32,000 nt of DNA, from contig DASPHZ010000056.1 in NCBI GenBank assembly GCA_035629395.1, positions 116,461 through 148,460 on the forward strand. The letters are read 5' to 3'. Below the pieces are notes generated by a model that saw only the letters and a program-made list of their open reading frames with translations, was not told where the DNA came from and searched no databases. The stretch is from Thermoanaerobaculia bacterium (GTDB taxonomy: Bacteria; Acidobacteriota; Thermoanaerobaculia; Gp7-AA8). Position 1 is the stretch's first letter. Every line of letters begins with the position of its first letter. Positions 14,883 to 23,560 of the stretch are shown piece by piece. The position numbers and the translations under genes are program-made.

Positions 14883-17447
14883 TCACGGCACCAGCTTCAC
14901 TCCCAATTCCCGCAGAATCGGATCGATCGGCAGGACGATGGCCGTCACTTTGTCCGAGCCCCAGAGGATGCCGACGAGGTCGTTGTTCTCGTTGAAAACG
15001 GGGGCGCCGGAGTCGCCGCCTTCGGCCTGGAAATCGGTGAGGATCTCGTCGTCGCGAACCTCCACCACATGGCCGGTGGTGATGCCGGAGCCGCGGGCGA
15101 TCATGCGCAAGGTGTCGCCGGAACGCACGGTCGCCGTCCGGCCGGAGAGGCGGCCGAAGCGCCAGAGTGAGGAGTCGATCGTGACGCCGGGGCTCAGCGC
15201 GACGAGCGCGCCGGAGCGATAGTCGTCCTTCCCCGCGCGGGCGAACGTCCCGATGACCGACCGCGCCGTGCCGCCATCGCCGGGACCGGGCTGGATGACG
15301 CGGTCGGATTTGCCGCTCACGATGAACGGCAGCGTCAGCGCGTAACGCGTCCTGCCGTCGGTCACCGCGCAACAGAGGCTGCCGGTCGCGCCGCCCGCGG
15401 AGCCGATGCTCGCGCCGAGGCGCAGGGGACGGGTCATCGAACGGAGATTCCAGCGCGTGGCGTCGAGCAGGCGCTCCGACTGCGAGGTGATGACCCGGTT
15501 GAGCACCGGCGTCATCGCGCGCTGCACGGCCTGCGTGGCCTCCACCTTCTGCTCGACGAGCTCCTTTTCGGCCGCATCCCTCGCTTCGAGAGCTGCCTGC
15601 AACTCGCTGTTGCGATGTTCGACGAGCGCCAGCGCCTGCAGCGTTTTTTCCTTCTCGGCTTTCAGCTCGGCGGCGTACTTTTGCATCGCGTCGTAATCCG
15701 CTTTGTTGACCTTGCCCAGCAGTTCCTCCGCACGCGCGGCCGCGATCTTCGCTTCGATCTCTGCTTTGTCGGCTTCCCGCTCGGCTTTGGCCTTGTCACG
15801 CTCGCTGCGCAGCTTCATCCATTGCGTGTACATCACCGCCAGCACGAGCACCGCGACGAGCGCCAGCGCGAAATGCTTCACGCGACGCTGCGAATTCACC
15901 AGCTTCCGGCTCTCCCGTACGAGCGCCTGCAGCGACTCGCTCGCGCTCAGATCACGCGCCTCTTCGCTGCTCAGCCACGCCTCCGCCTCCTCCACCTGCT
16001 CGCGATCGAGATACCCGCCGCGGCGATCGAAGCGCAGCCATTCATCGGCGAGCGCTTCCAGCCGGCGCAGCTCGACGAGCGCGCCGCGTTTGGTCTCCAG
16101 CCAGCCGACGAGCAGCGGCCAGTTGCGGATCAGCGCTTCATGCGAAACCTCGACGGTGTCCTCGTCGCCGCTCTTCCCTTTCGTACGGCGGATCAGCTTC
16201 GATTCCTCGAGCTTCCCCAAAACCTCGGCGATGCGTTGCGGATCGTCGCCGATCGATCGGACCAGCATACCGACGCGTACGCGATTGCTCGTCAGCTCCG
16301 CGCCCGCCGCCGCGCGGACCATGCGCAGCAGCACGCGGCGCATCGTGTCGCGCGATTGCGGCGTGAAACCGCGATAGACCTCGTCCGCCGAACGCTCGAG
16401 CGCCGCCAGTCCGCCGCCGAGCTTCTTGTACGCGGCGAGCGTGAGGCGATTGCGATCGCGATCCTTCCACAATCGCCACAGCGTGAACTGCAGGAGCGGC
16501 AGCGCACTCGCCTCCCCTTTCACGTCCCGGATCAGCGCGTCGGTGAGCCCCGGCTCGAGCTTCAGCTTGATATTGGCCGCCGGTTTTTCGATCGCTTCGC
16601 GCAGCTCGTCTTCGTCGAGCGCGGTCGCGGCGATGCGGCCGGCGCTGTAGACCTTCTGCAGTTCCGGAATGGTGGTGAGGCGATATTCGTAATCACTGCG
16701 GATCGTAATGACGACGCGGCAGAGCGCACCACTCGCGAGCGCCACGAGACGCCCCGCGAACGAAGAGCGCACCTGATGGTCGTCACAGAGCGTGAAGAGC
16801 TCCTCGAACTGATCGACGATCACGACCAGCGTGCGCCCGGCTCCCGCCTGCAGCAGCGCGTCGATGCCGGCCAGACTCTGCAGCGGATCGCTGCCCGGCG
16901 TGACCGGATCCGCGTAGAGCCACTGCTCGCTTCCTTCGATCGCACCGTCTTTGAGCGCGGGAATGATGCCGGCCAGCACGATCGACGACTTGCCGCTGCC
17001 GGACGATCCCGTCACGCCGACGAAATGCGACTCCCGCAGCCTTGCGAGGGCCGCGTCGACCGCGCGTTTGCGGCCGAAAAACTTCTGGCTGTCGCTTTCG
17101 CGGAATGCCGTCAGTCCGACGTACGGACAGAGATGCTCCTCGAGCTTTTCCGCGAACGAGTTGTCGAACTCCGCGAGTGTGGAATCGTTCACGCCGAGCG
17201 ACGCGCGCACGAGCGTGGTCGACCAGTAGTCGATGAGACCCTGCGCCGCATCGCGCTGCTCGTCCGCGTCGAGGTACACACCGGTCAGGCGCGCGCGGCG
17301 GATGAACAGCCGCGCCTCGTCCGCGACGTCCGTGACCGACATGGCCTTGCGCTGCCGCGTGAGCAGCGAGGTGTGCGTCGCGCGCAGCTCCACGATCGAC
17401 GGGAACGCTTCCTTCACGGTTTCCGCAGTGACAGGGGTCTCGCTCAT
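14883..17447 (-). CDS. STAND-type P-loop NTPase (nSTAND-like), then TM helix, coiled coil and C-terminal trypsin-like domain
   Basis: - NTPase: CPYVGLTAFRESDSQKFFGRKR precedes Walker A GSSGSGKS (16986-17009); Walker B is LVVIVDQFEELF.
- Winged-helix-like segments: LPLLQFTLWRLW and VSHEALIRNWPLLVGWL.
- TM helix HFALALVAVLVLAVMYTQWM (15816-15875), then a K/E/A-rich coiled coil.
- Trypsin-like domain with GDSGAP (Ser codon 15009-15011).
- The ATG at 17447 overlaps the TIR gene stop (ATGA). Confidence 0.88.
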   Translation of the reverse strand: MSETPVTAETVKEAFPSIVELRATHTSLLTRQRKAMSVTDVADEARLFIRRARLTGVYLDADEQRDAAQGLIDYWSTTLVRASLGVNDSTLAEFDNSFAEKLEEHLCPYVGLTAFRESDSQKFFGRKRAVDAALARLRESHFVGVTGSSGSGKSSIVLAGIIPALKDGAIEGSEQWLYADPVTPGSDPLQSLAGIDALLQAGAGRTLVVIVDQFEELFTLCDDHQVRSSFAGRLVALASGALCRVVITIRSDYEYRLTTIPELQKVYSAGRIAATALDEDELREAIEKPAANIKLKLEPGLTDALIRDVKGEASALPLLQFTLWRLWKDRDRNRLTLAAYKKLGGGLAALERSADEVYRGFTPQSRDTMRRVLLRMVRAAAGAELTSNRVRVGMLVRSIGDDPQRIAEVLGKLEESKLIRRTKGKSGDEDTVEVSHEALIRNWPLLVGWLETKRGALVELRRLEALADEWLRFDRRGGYLDREQVEEAEAWLSSEEARDLSASESLQALVRESRKLVNSQRRVKHFALALVAVLVLAVMYTQWMKLRSERDKAKAEREADKAEIEAKIAAARAEELLGKVNKADYDAMQKYAAELKAEKEKTLQALALVEHRNSELQAALEARDAAEKELVEQKVEATQAVQRAMTPVLNRVITSQSERLLDATRWNLRSMTRPLRLGASIGSAGGATGSLCCAVTDGRTRYALTLPFIVSGKSDRVIQPGPGDGGTARSVIGTFARAGKDDYRSGALVALSPGVTIDSSLWRFGRLSGRTATVRSGDTLRMIARGSGITTGHVVEVRDDEILTDFQAEGGDSGAPVFNENNDLVGILWGSDKVTAIVLPIDPILRELGVKLVP

Positions 17448-18868
17448 TTCAGTGCCTCGACGACCTCGGCCAGCGGCCTGCCGATCGTGCCGAGCTCCTC
17501 GCATTGCTCTTTCAGGTTCGTGTCGACGGTGAAGAACCGCGTGTTGGCTTTCTTGCGGAAGCGCACGAAGAAGCGGTTCATCTGCGCGGGATCGCCCGCG
17601 GCAATGGCTTCGTCGACGCTGCGCGCGTCGTCGCGGAGCGGCTGCACCCAGTCGCCCGGCGACGCCCACAGCACGGTCACCATCTTCAGGAGATCGCTCC
17701 AACTGATCTCCAGCTCGCTCGCGTCTTTCGCCGAGATGTTCGTCTCGATGCGCCGCATCTCCACCTCGACGTCCTGCCACAGGCGGTGACCGCGGACGAG
17801 AATGCCGAGGTTTTCTTCGAGGGCTTCCATGACATCGCGGGCGTGCTCGAGGGAGAGCACTTTCTCCGCGGCCATGCCGAGCTCACGGCCGGTGCGGCAG
17901 ACGAACGAAAGCGCGTCGATGACCGCTTCCAGCTCGAGATTGGCCGCCGCTTCGCCGAGACGGGCGTCGATGCGCGCGGGCTCGTTCGCAAGCACGCGAT
18001 TGAGGAGCCGCGCCGCGCCGCGCACCCCTTTTTCGTCGCGCGCCTTCACCGCCACCGCCAGCGCCTTCTGCGCCTCGGCCAGCGTGTCGATCCACGCCAT
18101 GCGCATGTTCTCGAACATCGGCCTTGCGTCGATCTCGCGCAGCGTGCCGATGGCCCGTTGCAGGTCGTTGGAGTAGTAGTCGATGGCGTCGACGGCAGTG
18201 TCGTCGTCCGCGATGCGCGGTGCGTCGCGGAGGATCGCCTCGTAGACGTGCAGTTGCACGTGGTGCAACTGGTCGTGCACGGACTTGAACGCATCGAGGC
18301 GGTGGATGAGGCCGACGATCGTGTTGAAGCGGAGCTCGTATTCGAGGAGTTTCTCGCGCACGTGTCCCGCGGAGATGAGCTCGGACATCGTCCGGAGCCC
18401 CTCGCCCACGGGTCTGGTGCGGACGACGTCGGGCGCGCCGAGGGGACGGGCGAGGCTGCGGACGAGCTTCGCCATCTGATCGCTGATGGTCGCGTCGTTG
18501 ACGCAATCGACGTACGTGCGCAGCGACAGCCACGGCGGGGCGTTGCATTTTTCGCGGAGGATCGGGATCAGCCGTCCGCGTGCGCCGGTGGGATCCTGCT
18601 GCACGCTGAGCATCCCTTCGAACTGCGACCACTCGCTGTCGACCCAGTTCTGCGTGAGCACGGCCACGGTGCGGCGCGACTGGAGGACGCCGTCCGTCAT
18701 GTTCGTGATCGAGCTGTTGCCGGCGGCGAAACCGTCCTCATCGACGAGCACGCGCAGGCCGCCGTCGCGCAGCGCCTTCACGAGCACGCCCGAAACCCAC
18801 GCCTTGTCTTTGTGGCTGTAGCTCACGAAGACGTCATGGGGGTACTCCGCCGGTGTCGTGGCGCTCAT
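17444..18868 (-). CDS. TIR-domain protein with ~330-aa all-helical C-terminal domain
   Basis: TIR motifs are HDVFVSYSHKDKAW, TVAVLTQNW and DSEWSQFE (putative catalytic Glu codon 18617-18619). I prefer the ATG at 18868 because the codons upstream of it (to GTG 18919 / ATG 18910) have low GC3. Confidence 0.88.
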   Translation of the reverse strand: MSATTPAEYPHDVFVSYSHKDKAWVSGVLVKALRDGGLRVLVDEDGFAAGNSSITNMTDGVLQSRRTVAVLTQNWVDSEWSQFEGMLSVQQDPTGARGRLIPILREKCNAPPWLSLRTYVDCVNDATISDQMAKLVRSLARPLGAPDVVRTRPVGEGLRTMSELISAGHVREKLLEYELRFNTIVGLIHRLDAFKSVHDQLHHVQLHVYEAILRDAPRIADDDTAVDAIDYYSNDLQRAIGTLREIDARPMFENMRMAWIDTLAEAQKALAVAVKARDEKGVRGAARLLNRVLANEPARIDARLGEAAANLELEAVIDALSFVCRTGRELGMAAEKVLSLEHARDVMEALEENLGILVRGHRLWQDVEVEMRRIETNISAKDASELEISWSDLLKMVTVLWASPGDWVQPLRDDARSVDEAIAAGDPAQMNRFFVRFRKKANTRFFTVDTNLKEQCEELGTIGRPLAEVVEALK

Positions 18869-18965
18869 GGATCCCTGGATGGACGGATTTCCATGAGTAT
18901 AGCCCACCATCCTCGGCACTCCACGTGCACGCCCCGTTTGTCACACCTTTACAGGAGGCTGAACG

Positions 18966-19739
18966 ATGAGAGTCGCCGTCGCCCTTTTCGCCGCCATCGT
19001 GCTCGCGCTGCCGCTCGCCGCTGCAAACGACCAGGAAGTCGAATACGAACAACTGCTGCTCACGGTCGCGCCGTCGATCGTGCATTGCGCGCGCGACTCG
19101 CGGTACGAGACGCGGCTCATCGCGTACAACGGCGACGAGAGCGCGCGCACGCTCTGTCCGGCAGGGCGCTGCATGGCCGTCGAGCCGAACACCGGCGCCG
19201 AGTTCACCGGCGATTACGCGGGCGGCGTGCCGCTGCCGGTGTTCATGTACGTGCCGAAGGAAGAAGCGGCGCGCATGCGCTTCTCGTTGATGGTCGAGAG
19301 CAGCGAGCTCAATCATCCCGAGGATCGCGCGTACACGGAATTGCCGATCGTGCGGGCCAGCGACTTCCGCGAAGGGAAGATGCAGTTCATCGGCGTCCGC
19401 CTCGACGAAGACTTCCGCCAGACCGTGCGCACGTACGGTCTCGACGGCAGGCAGACGGGACACCTGATCATGCGCGTGTACTCGCTGAAGACGGGCGAGC
19501 TCGAGCACTCCTGCCTGCACTACGTCGGCCCGCTCTCCGAGACGCCGGAACTGACCGCGGACGGCCGGCAGTTGCGTCCCTCGTTCGGAATGGAATGCAA
19601 CATGGCCGACCACGTCCACGCGCACGGGCAGAAGGTGCGCATCGAGCTCGAGTCGCTGACGCCGGGACTGAAGTACTGGGCGTTCCTGTCGATCACGAAC
19701 AACAAGACGCAGCACTTCTATACGGTGCTGCCGCAGTAG
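18966..19739 (+). CDS. secreted protein of unknown function
   Basis: GGAGG lies 7 nt before the ATG. The signal peptide is MRVAVALFAAIVLALPLAAA. GC3 is high throughout. No domain was recognised. Confidence 0.7.
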   Translation: MRVAVALFAAIVLALPLAAANDQEVEYEQLLLTVAPSIVHCARDSRYETRLIAYNGDESARTLCPAGRCMAVEPNTGAEFTGDYAGGVPLPVFMYVPKEEAARMRFSLMVESSELNHPEDRAYTELPIVRASDFREGKMQFIGVRLDEDFRQTVRTYGLDGRQTGHLIMRVYSLKTGELEHSCLHYVGPLSETPELTADGRQLRPSFGMECNMADHVHAHGQKVRIELESLTPGLKYWAFLSITNNKTQHFYTVLPQ

Positions 19740-19753
19740 CTCGCCCGCGTCAT

Positions 19754-19853
19754 CCTGAGCCGCGCAGACGGCGAAGGATCTCGAAATGCGCGTCCGCAGC
19801 CACGGGCCATGGGCGTCGCATTTAGAGCCCCTTCGCCGTCGTTCCGGCTCAGG
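19754..19853. repeat. nested palindromic (REP-like or bidirectional-terminator-like) element between convergent genes
   Basis: Three arm pairs were read directly:
- CCTGAGCCG (19754-19762) with CGGCTCAGG (19845-19853)
- GACGGCGAAGG (19767-19777) with CCTTCGCCGTC (19830-19840)
- AAATGCG (19784-19790) with CGCATTT (19817-19823). Confidence 0.45.
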
Positions 19854-19865
19854 GAGACGAGACGG

Positions 19866-22472
19866 CTACTCGGCGAGCGTCATGAGCCACACGTCCGCTT
19901 CCGTCTTGCGGTCGGAGAAGACGAGCGTGCGGGCGTCGGCGGAAAGGCTCATCGACGCGATGGGGAACGGCGCGTGGACGTCGCGGATGGCATTCGTGTC
20001 GATGTTCACGATGCGCAGGCGGCCGCCGTCGCCGTAGAGGATCTCCCGTCCGCCCGGCAGCCAGATCGCGCGCGCGCCGGTCTCGGTGAGCTCGCGATAC
20101 GTCTTCGTGGCGAATGAGTAAACGGCGATGCCCGGCCGGCTCAGCTCCCCGGCCAGCATCGTGCCGTCCGGCGACCAGGCCGTGAACTGCGCTTTGCGTC
20201 CTTGCGGTCCCGGCGGCAGCGGCGTGATGCGCCCGTCCTCGAGCACGTACGTGTTCTCGTCGTTGTAGAACGAGAGGCGTTTTCCGTCCGGCGCAACGCC
20301 CGGATACCACATCGATTGCGTCGTCGAATGCGGCACGCGCGCGAGCCCGCTGCCGTCGGCGTGGATGCTCCAGATCTCGTAGCGTCCGGTCTCGCGCTGC
20401 GAGTAGAAGTAGATCGTCGAGCCGTCGGGCGACCACGTCGCGCCGCGGTCGCGCGCCATGTCGTTCGTGAGCTGGCGGATCTCCCCCGTCGCGATCTCGA
20501 TCACGTACAGGTCTTCCTGCCCGCCGCGATTGGTGATGGCGACGAAGCGCCCATCCGGCGACACCTGCGAGCTGAAGACGAGGAACGAGCCCGCGACGAT
20601 CGGCCTGGACTCGCCGAGAATCGCGCCGGATGCGGGATCGAACGGCGCGCTGCGCATCGACTCGCTCTGATCGATCGACGCGAACAGCATGCGCTTCCCG
20701 TCCATGGCCATGCTGAAGTGGCCGCTGTAGCGCGCGGGCGTCGTCACCGGCTCGGGCGTGCCGCGCGGCTTGCCGCTCTCCTCGTCGATGCGCACGCGCC
20801 ACAGATTCATCGCGCCGTTGCGATCGCTGCCGAAGTAAAGATGTTGACCATCCGGCGACCAGGCCGGATTCCAGTCCACCGCCACGTCCTCGGTCACCCG
20901 CACCACCGTCGACGCCGGATCCTTCGCGTTCGGATCGATGGTCCAGAGATCGCGCTGCGCGCCGTCGCCGATGATGCTCCAGTACGCGATGCGCGAGCCG
21001 TGCGGCGACCACGCCGGCTGCACGGCGTCCGACGCGAGCAGCTTCCGCTCCGCGCCGCTGGCCACGTCGACGACGAGGAGGCTGCTCATCTTCCCGCGCG
21101 ACGTCGGCACGTACCCCACCGGTTCAGTGGCGCACGCGATCTGCTTGCCGTCCGGCGACCAGGTCGGGTTGAAGCACGAGGCGGTGATGCGGCGATTCGA
21201 CTCGCCTGTCGCGCCCATGATGAAGATCCCGCCGCCGTCGCACTCGGAGCGGTAGGCAATCATCGACCCGTCGGGGGAAAACGCCGGCTGCGAGTCCGCG
21301 GCGCGGCAGCGTTTGGTGAGGTTGATGGCATTGCGGCCGGTGACGCGCTGCAGATAGATGTCCGCGTTCGGACCGCTGCCGCGCGCGAAGACGAACGTCT
21401 CCCCGTCCGGCGCGATCGACGGCGCGAGATCGAGCCCGTCCTGCACGGTCAGTTGCGTGAACGACGCCGTCACCGCCTGCGCACCGGCGCTGCGGCCGCG
21501 CAGCAGCCACCCGGCCGTGAGTCCCACGATCAGCAAGGCCAGGGCGCCCCCGATCGCGGCCCACCGCTTCGGCGAGATTGCCGGCACTTCCATCGTCGGC
21601 ACCGTGCCCGAAGCGGAGGAGAGCATCTCCAGATGAAACGCGAGATCGCGTGCGGACTGGAAGCGCTGCTCCGGACTCTTCTCCAGGCAATGCCGCACGA
21701 CGCGATCGAGTCCCGGGGTCACATTCGGATTCGCGCCGACGAGGTCCGGCGGATCTTCGCGCAGGATCACCGACATCGTGTCGGCGGGCGAGGTGCTGCG
21801 GAACGGATGCTCGCCGGCGAGCATCTCGTACATGACCGTGCCGAGGGAGAAGATGTCGCTGCGATGGTCAACAGCTTGACCACGCACCTGCTCGGGCGAC
21901 ATGTAGCCGACGGTGCCGATGACGGTGCCGGGCGAGGTGTCCTGCTCCATCGTGTCGTCGTCGGCGAGGGCGTGATCGTCGGTGCGCAGTTTGGCGACGC
22001 CGAAATCGAGGATCTTCACGCGCCCGTCTTTGGTGACGAAGAGGTTCTCCGGCTTGAGGTCGCGATGGATGATGCCGCGGTCGTGCGCGGCGGCGAGTCC
22101 GTTCGCGATCTGGATCGCGTAATCGACCGCTTTGCGGATGGGCAGCTTCATCGGCACGCCGTTGTCGCGGAGGCAACTGCGCAGCGTCTGCCCTTCGAGC
22201 AGCTCCGTGACGATGTACGGCTTCCCGTCGGCGCTCCCCGCGTCGAAGATCGTGAGGAGATTCGGATGATTGAGCGCACCGACGGCACGCGCTTCCTGCT
22301 CGAAGCGATGCATGCGGTCCGCGAACTTGGCGAAGGTCGGCGGCAGGACCTTCAACGCGACGTCGCGCCGGATGCGCGGATCATGAGCGCGGTACACCTC
22401 GCTCATTCCACCCGTTCCGATCCGCGTCACGATTTCGTACGGACCGAGGCGCGTGCCTGGTGATAACGACAT
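19866..22472 (-). CDS. Ser/Thr protein kinase fused via one TM helix to a TolB-like (PD40/WD40-like) beta-propeller
   Basis: - Hanks kinase motifs: [46 protein letters not shown].
- TM helix: [21 protein letters not shown].
- Repeated P.(W/F)SPDG. motifs, typical of PD40 repeats.
- I prefer the ATG at 22472 because the codons upstream have low GC3. Confidence 0.92.
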   Translation of the reverse strand: MSLSPGTRLGPYEIVTRIGTGGMSEVYRAHDPRIRRDVALKVLPPTFAKFADRMHRFEQEARAVGALNHPNLLTIFDAGSADGKPYIVTELLEGQTLRSCLRDNGVPMKLPIRKAVDYAIQIANGLAAAHDRGIIHRDLKPENLFVTKDGRVKILDFGVAKLRTDDHALADDDTMEQDTSPGTVIGTVGYMSPEQVRGQAVDHRSDIFSLGTVMYEMLAGEHPFRSTSPADTMSVILREDPPDLVGANPNVTPGLDRVVRHCLEKSPEQRFQSARDLAFHLEMLSSASGTVPTMEVPAISPKRWAAIGGALALLIVGLTAGWLLRGRSAGAQAVTASFTQLTVQDGLDLAPSIAPDGETFVFARGSGPNADIYLQRVTGRNAINLTKRCRAADSQPAFSPDGSMIAYRSECDGGGIFIMGATGESNRRITASCFNPTWSPDGKQIACATEPVGYVPTSRGKMSSLLVVDVASGAERKLLASDAVQPAWSPHGSRIAYWSIIGDGAQRDLWTIDPNAKDPASTVVRVTEDVAVDWNPAWSPDGQHLYFGSDRNGAMNLWRVRIDEESGKPRGTPEPVTTPARYSGHFSMAMDGKRMLFASIDQSESMRSAPFDPASGAILGESRPIVAGSFLVFSSQVSPDGRFVAITNRGGQEDLYVIEIATGEIRQLTNDMARDRGATWSPDGSTIYFYSQRETGRYEIWSIHADGSGLARVPHSTTQSMWYPGVAPDGKRLSFYNDENTYVLEDGRITPLPPGPQGRKAQFTAWSPDGTMLAGELSRPGIAVYSFATKTYRELTETGARAIWLPGGREILYGDGGRLRIVNIDTNAIRDVHAPFPIASMSLSADARTLVFSDRKTEADVWLMTLAE

Positions 22473-22510
22473 TGGACGGAGGAGATTGTACGTGGTTCGC
22501 GCTGCGCGCG

Positions 22511-22553
22511 CGGTTGTCGGTTGTCGGTTTTCCACCCGGCCGCATACCCGTTG
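22511..22553 (+). repeat. three tandem heptamers (CGGTTGT CGGTTGT CGGTTTT) running into copy A of the motif CGGTTTTCC-N12-ACCCGTTG
   Basis: Read directly. Copy A spans 22525-22553. Confidence 0.5.
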
Positions 22554-22718
22554 CTCACCCAGTGGCGCGAGGAAAGCGCGGGCCGTCCGAGCACCACGCA
22601 GGCGACGCGCAGGAACGGGTGTGCGGCCTTGCGGACAACAGGCAACCGGCGTCTCGGACGTGACGGCTCGGTGAACACGTGATCCCGCTCACGCAACTTC
22701 CCGCGCTTCGGGCCGAAT

Positions 22719-22964
22719 ATGCACAGCACCATGAGCTACACCGATTGGCTTCGCCGTCAGGTCGAAACGATGGAGGACGAGATTCGCCGCCATTCCGTCT
22801 TCGACACCGACAGTCCCGCCACCGCGGGGCAGCTCCGCGAGCTGCGCTCGAAGGTGGTCATCCACACGTATCTGAAGCAGCAATTGCTGCGTCGCGAGAC
22901 GATCCAGACGGTCGCGGAAGAAGAGCACGACACGCAGGAGTTCGTGCTGGTGCGGCGCTCGTAG
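22719..22964 (+). CDS. small hypothetical protein (81 aa, coiled-coil-like)
   Basis: GC3 is high and the amino-acid composition is plausible. No recognisable domain. Start is uncertain (ATG 22719 or 22731). Confidence 0.45.
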   Translation: MHSTMSYTDWLRRQVETMEDEIRRHSVFDTDSPATAGQLRELRSKVVIHTYLKQQLLRRETIQTVAEEEHDTQEFVLVRRS

Positions 22965-22975
22965 CGCGGCATGGC

Positions 22976-23079
22976 CGGTTTTCCGTTGCCTGCACACCCG
23001 TTGAGGTGCGCGCCCGCCGGCGCGCCTTGCTCTCGACCTGAATCATCGGAGCAACGGGTGCGCGGGGAGCGGAAAACCG
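22976..23079. repeat. inverted pair (copies B and C) of the motif CGGTTTTCC-N11-ACCCGTTG flanking a GC hairpin
   Basis: Copy B is at 22976-23003 (+). Copy C is at 23052-23079 (reverse orientation). An inner hairpin, GCGCGCC/GGCGCGC, lies at 23008-23025. The element starts 12 nt after the stop of the 22719-22964 ORF. Confidence 0.5.
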
Positions 23080-23095
23080 GTACGCTCGTCCGCGC

Positions 23096-23479
23096 ATGGC
23101 GCATTACGACATTCCCCTCGACCTCCCGCACGCCGGCCGGATCGCCGGACGCATCGAGGAGCTGCTCGCGCGGCACGCCGAGGAGCATGGGAGCGGGATG
23201 GATGCGGCGCTGGAGCTCGCGGAAACGCTCGACCGCCTCCTCTTCCCTTACACCGCGAAGGACGAGAACCCCGAGGAATCGGAAGCCCTCGCCGTGCGCG
23301 AGCAGGCCGCGGACCTCGGCCGCAAGCTCGTCGACGCCCTCGAGGCGAGCGGCATCGCGGGGGACCGCCTCGGCCAGTTCGTACGCAATCTTTTCGAATG
23401 TCTCGCGCTGGGCGAAGAAGGGGCGCGAATCTCGCTCCGCGCGGGCGAGAATCCTGCATCGTTGCAGCGACCGGTTTAG
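23096..23479 (+). CDS. hypothetical acidic helical protein (127 aa)
   Basis: GC3 is high and the composition is plausible (E/A/L-rich, no low-complexity Arg runs). No domain was recognised. Confidence 0.55.
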   Translation: MAHYDIPLDLPHAGRIAGRIEELLARHAEEHGSGMDAALELAETLDRLLFPYTAKDENPEESEALAVREQAADLGRKLVDALEASGIAGDRLGQFVRNLFECLALGEEGARISLRAGENPASLQRPV

Positions 23480-23560
23480 AGTGGATACGGCGCGGTCCTT
23501 GCGAATCTTCTCGCGAGGCTGTCAGACTGTACGGATTACAGGCAAGAAAGTGATGATTGG

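Noticed and set aside
15615-19825. 724-aa and 773-aa plus-strand ORFs (15615-17789, 17504-19825) opposite the STAND and TIR genes
   Set aside because: Both have the same antisense-artefact composition (R/A/D/H-rich runs). The 773-aa ORF also crosses the divergent intergenic region and runs through the 18966-19739 gene region in a different reading frame. The minus strand has Walker, TIR and GDSGAP motifs.
20202-22463. 753-aa plus-strand ORF opposite the kinase-propeller gene
   Set aside because: No motifs and an Arg-rich composition. The minus strand has a full set of Hanks kinase motifs and PD40 repeats.
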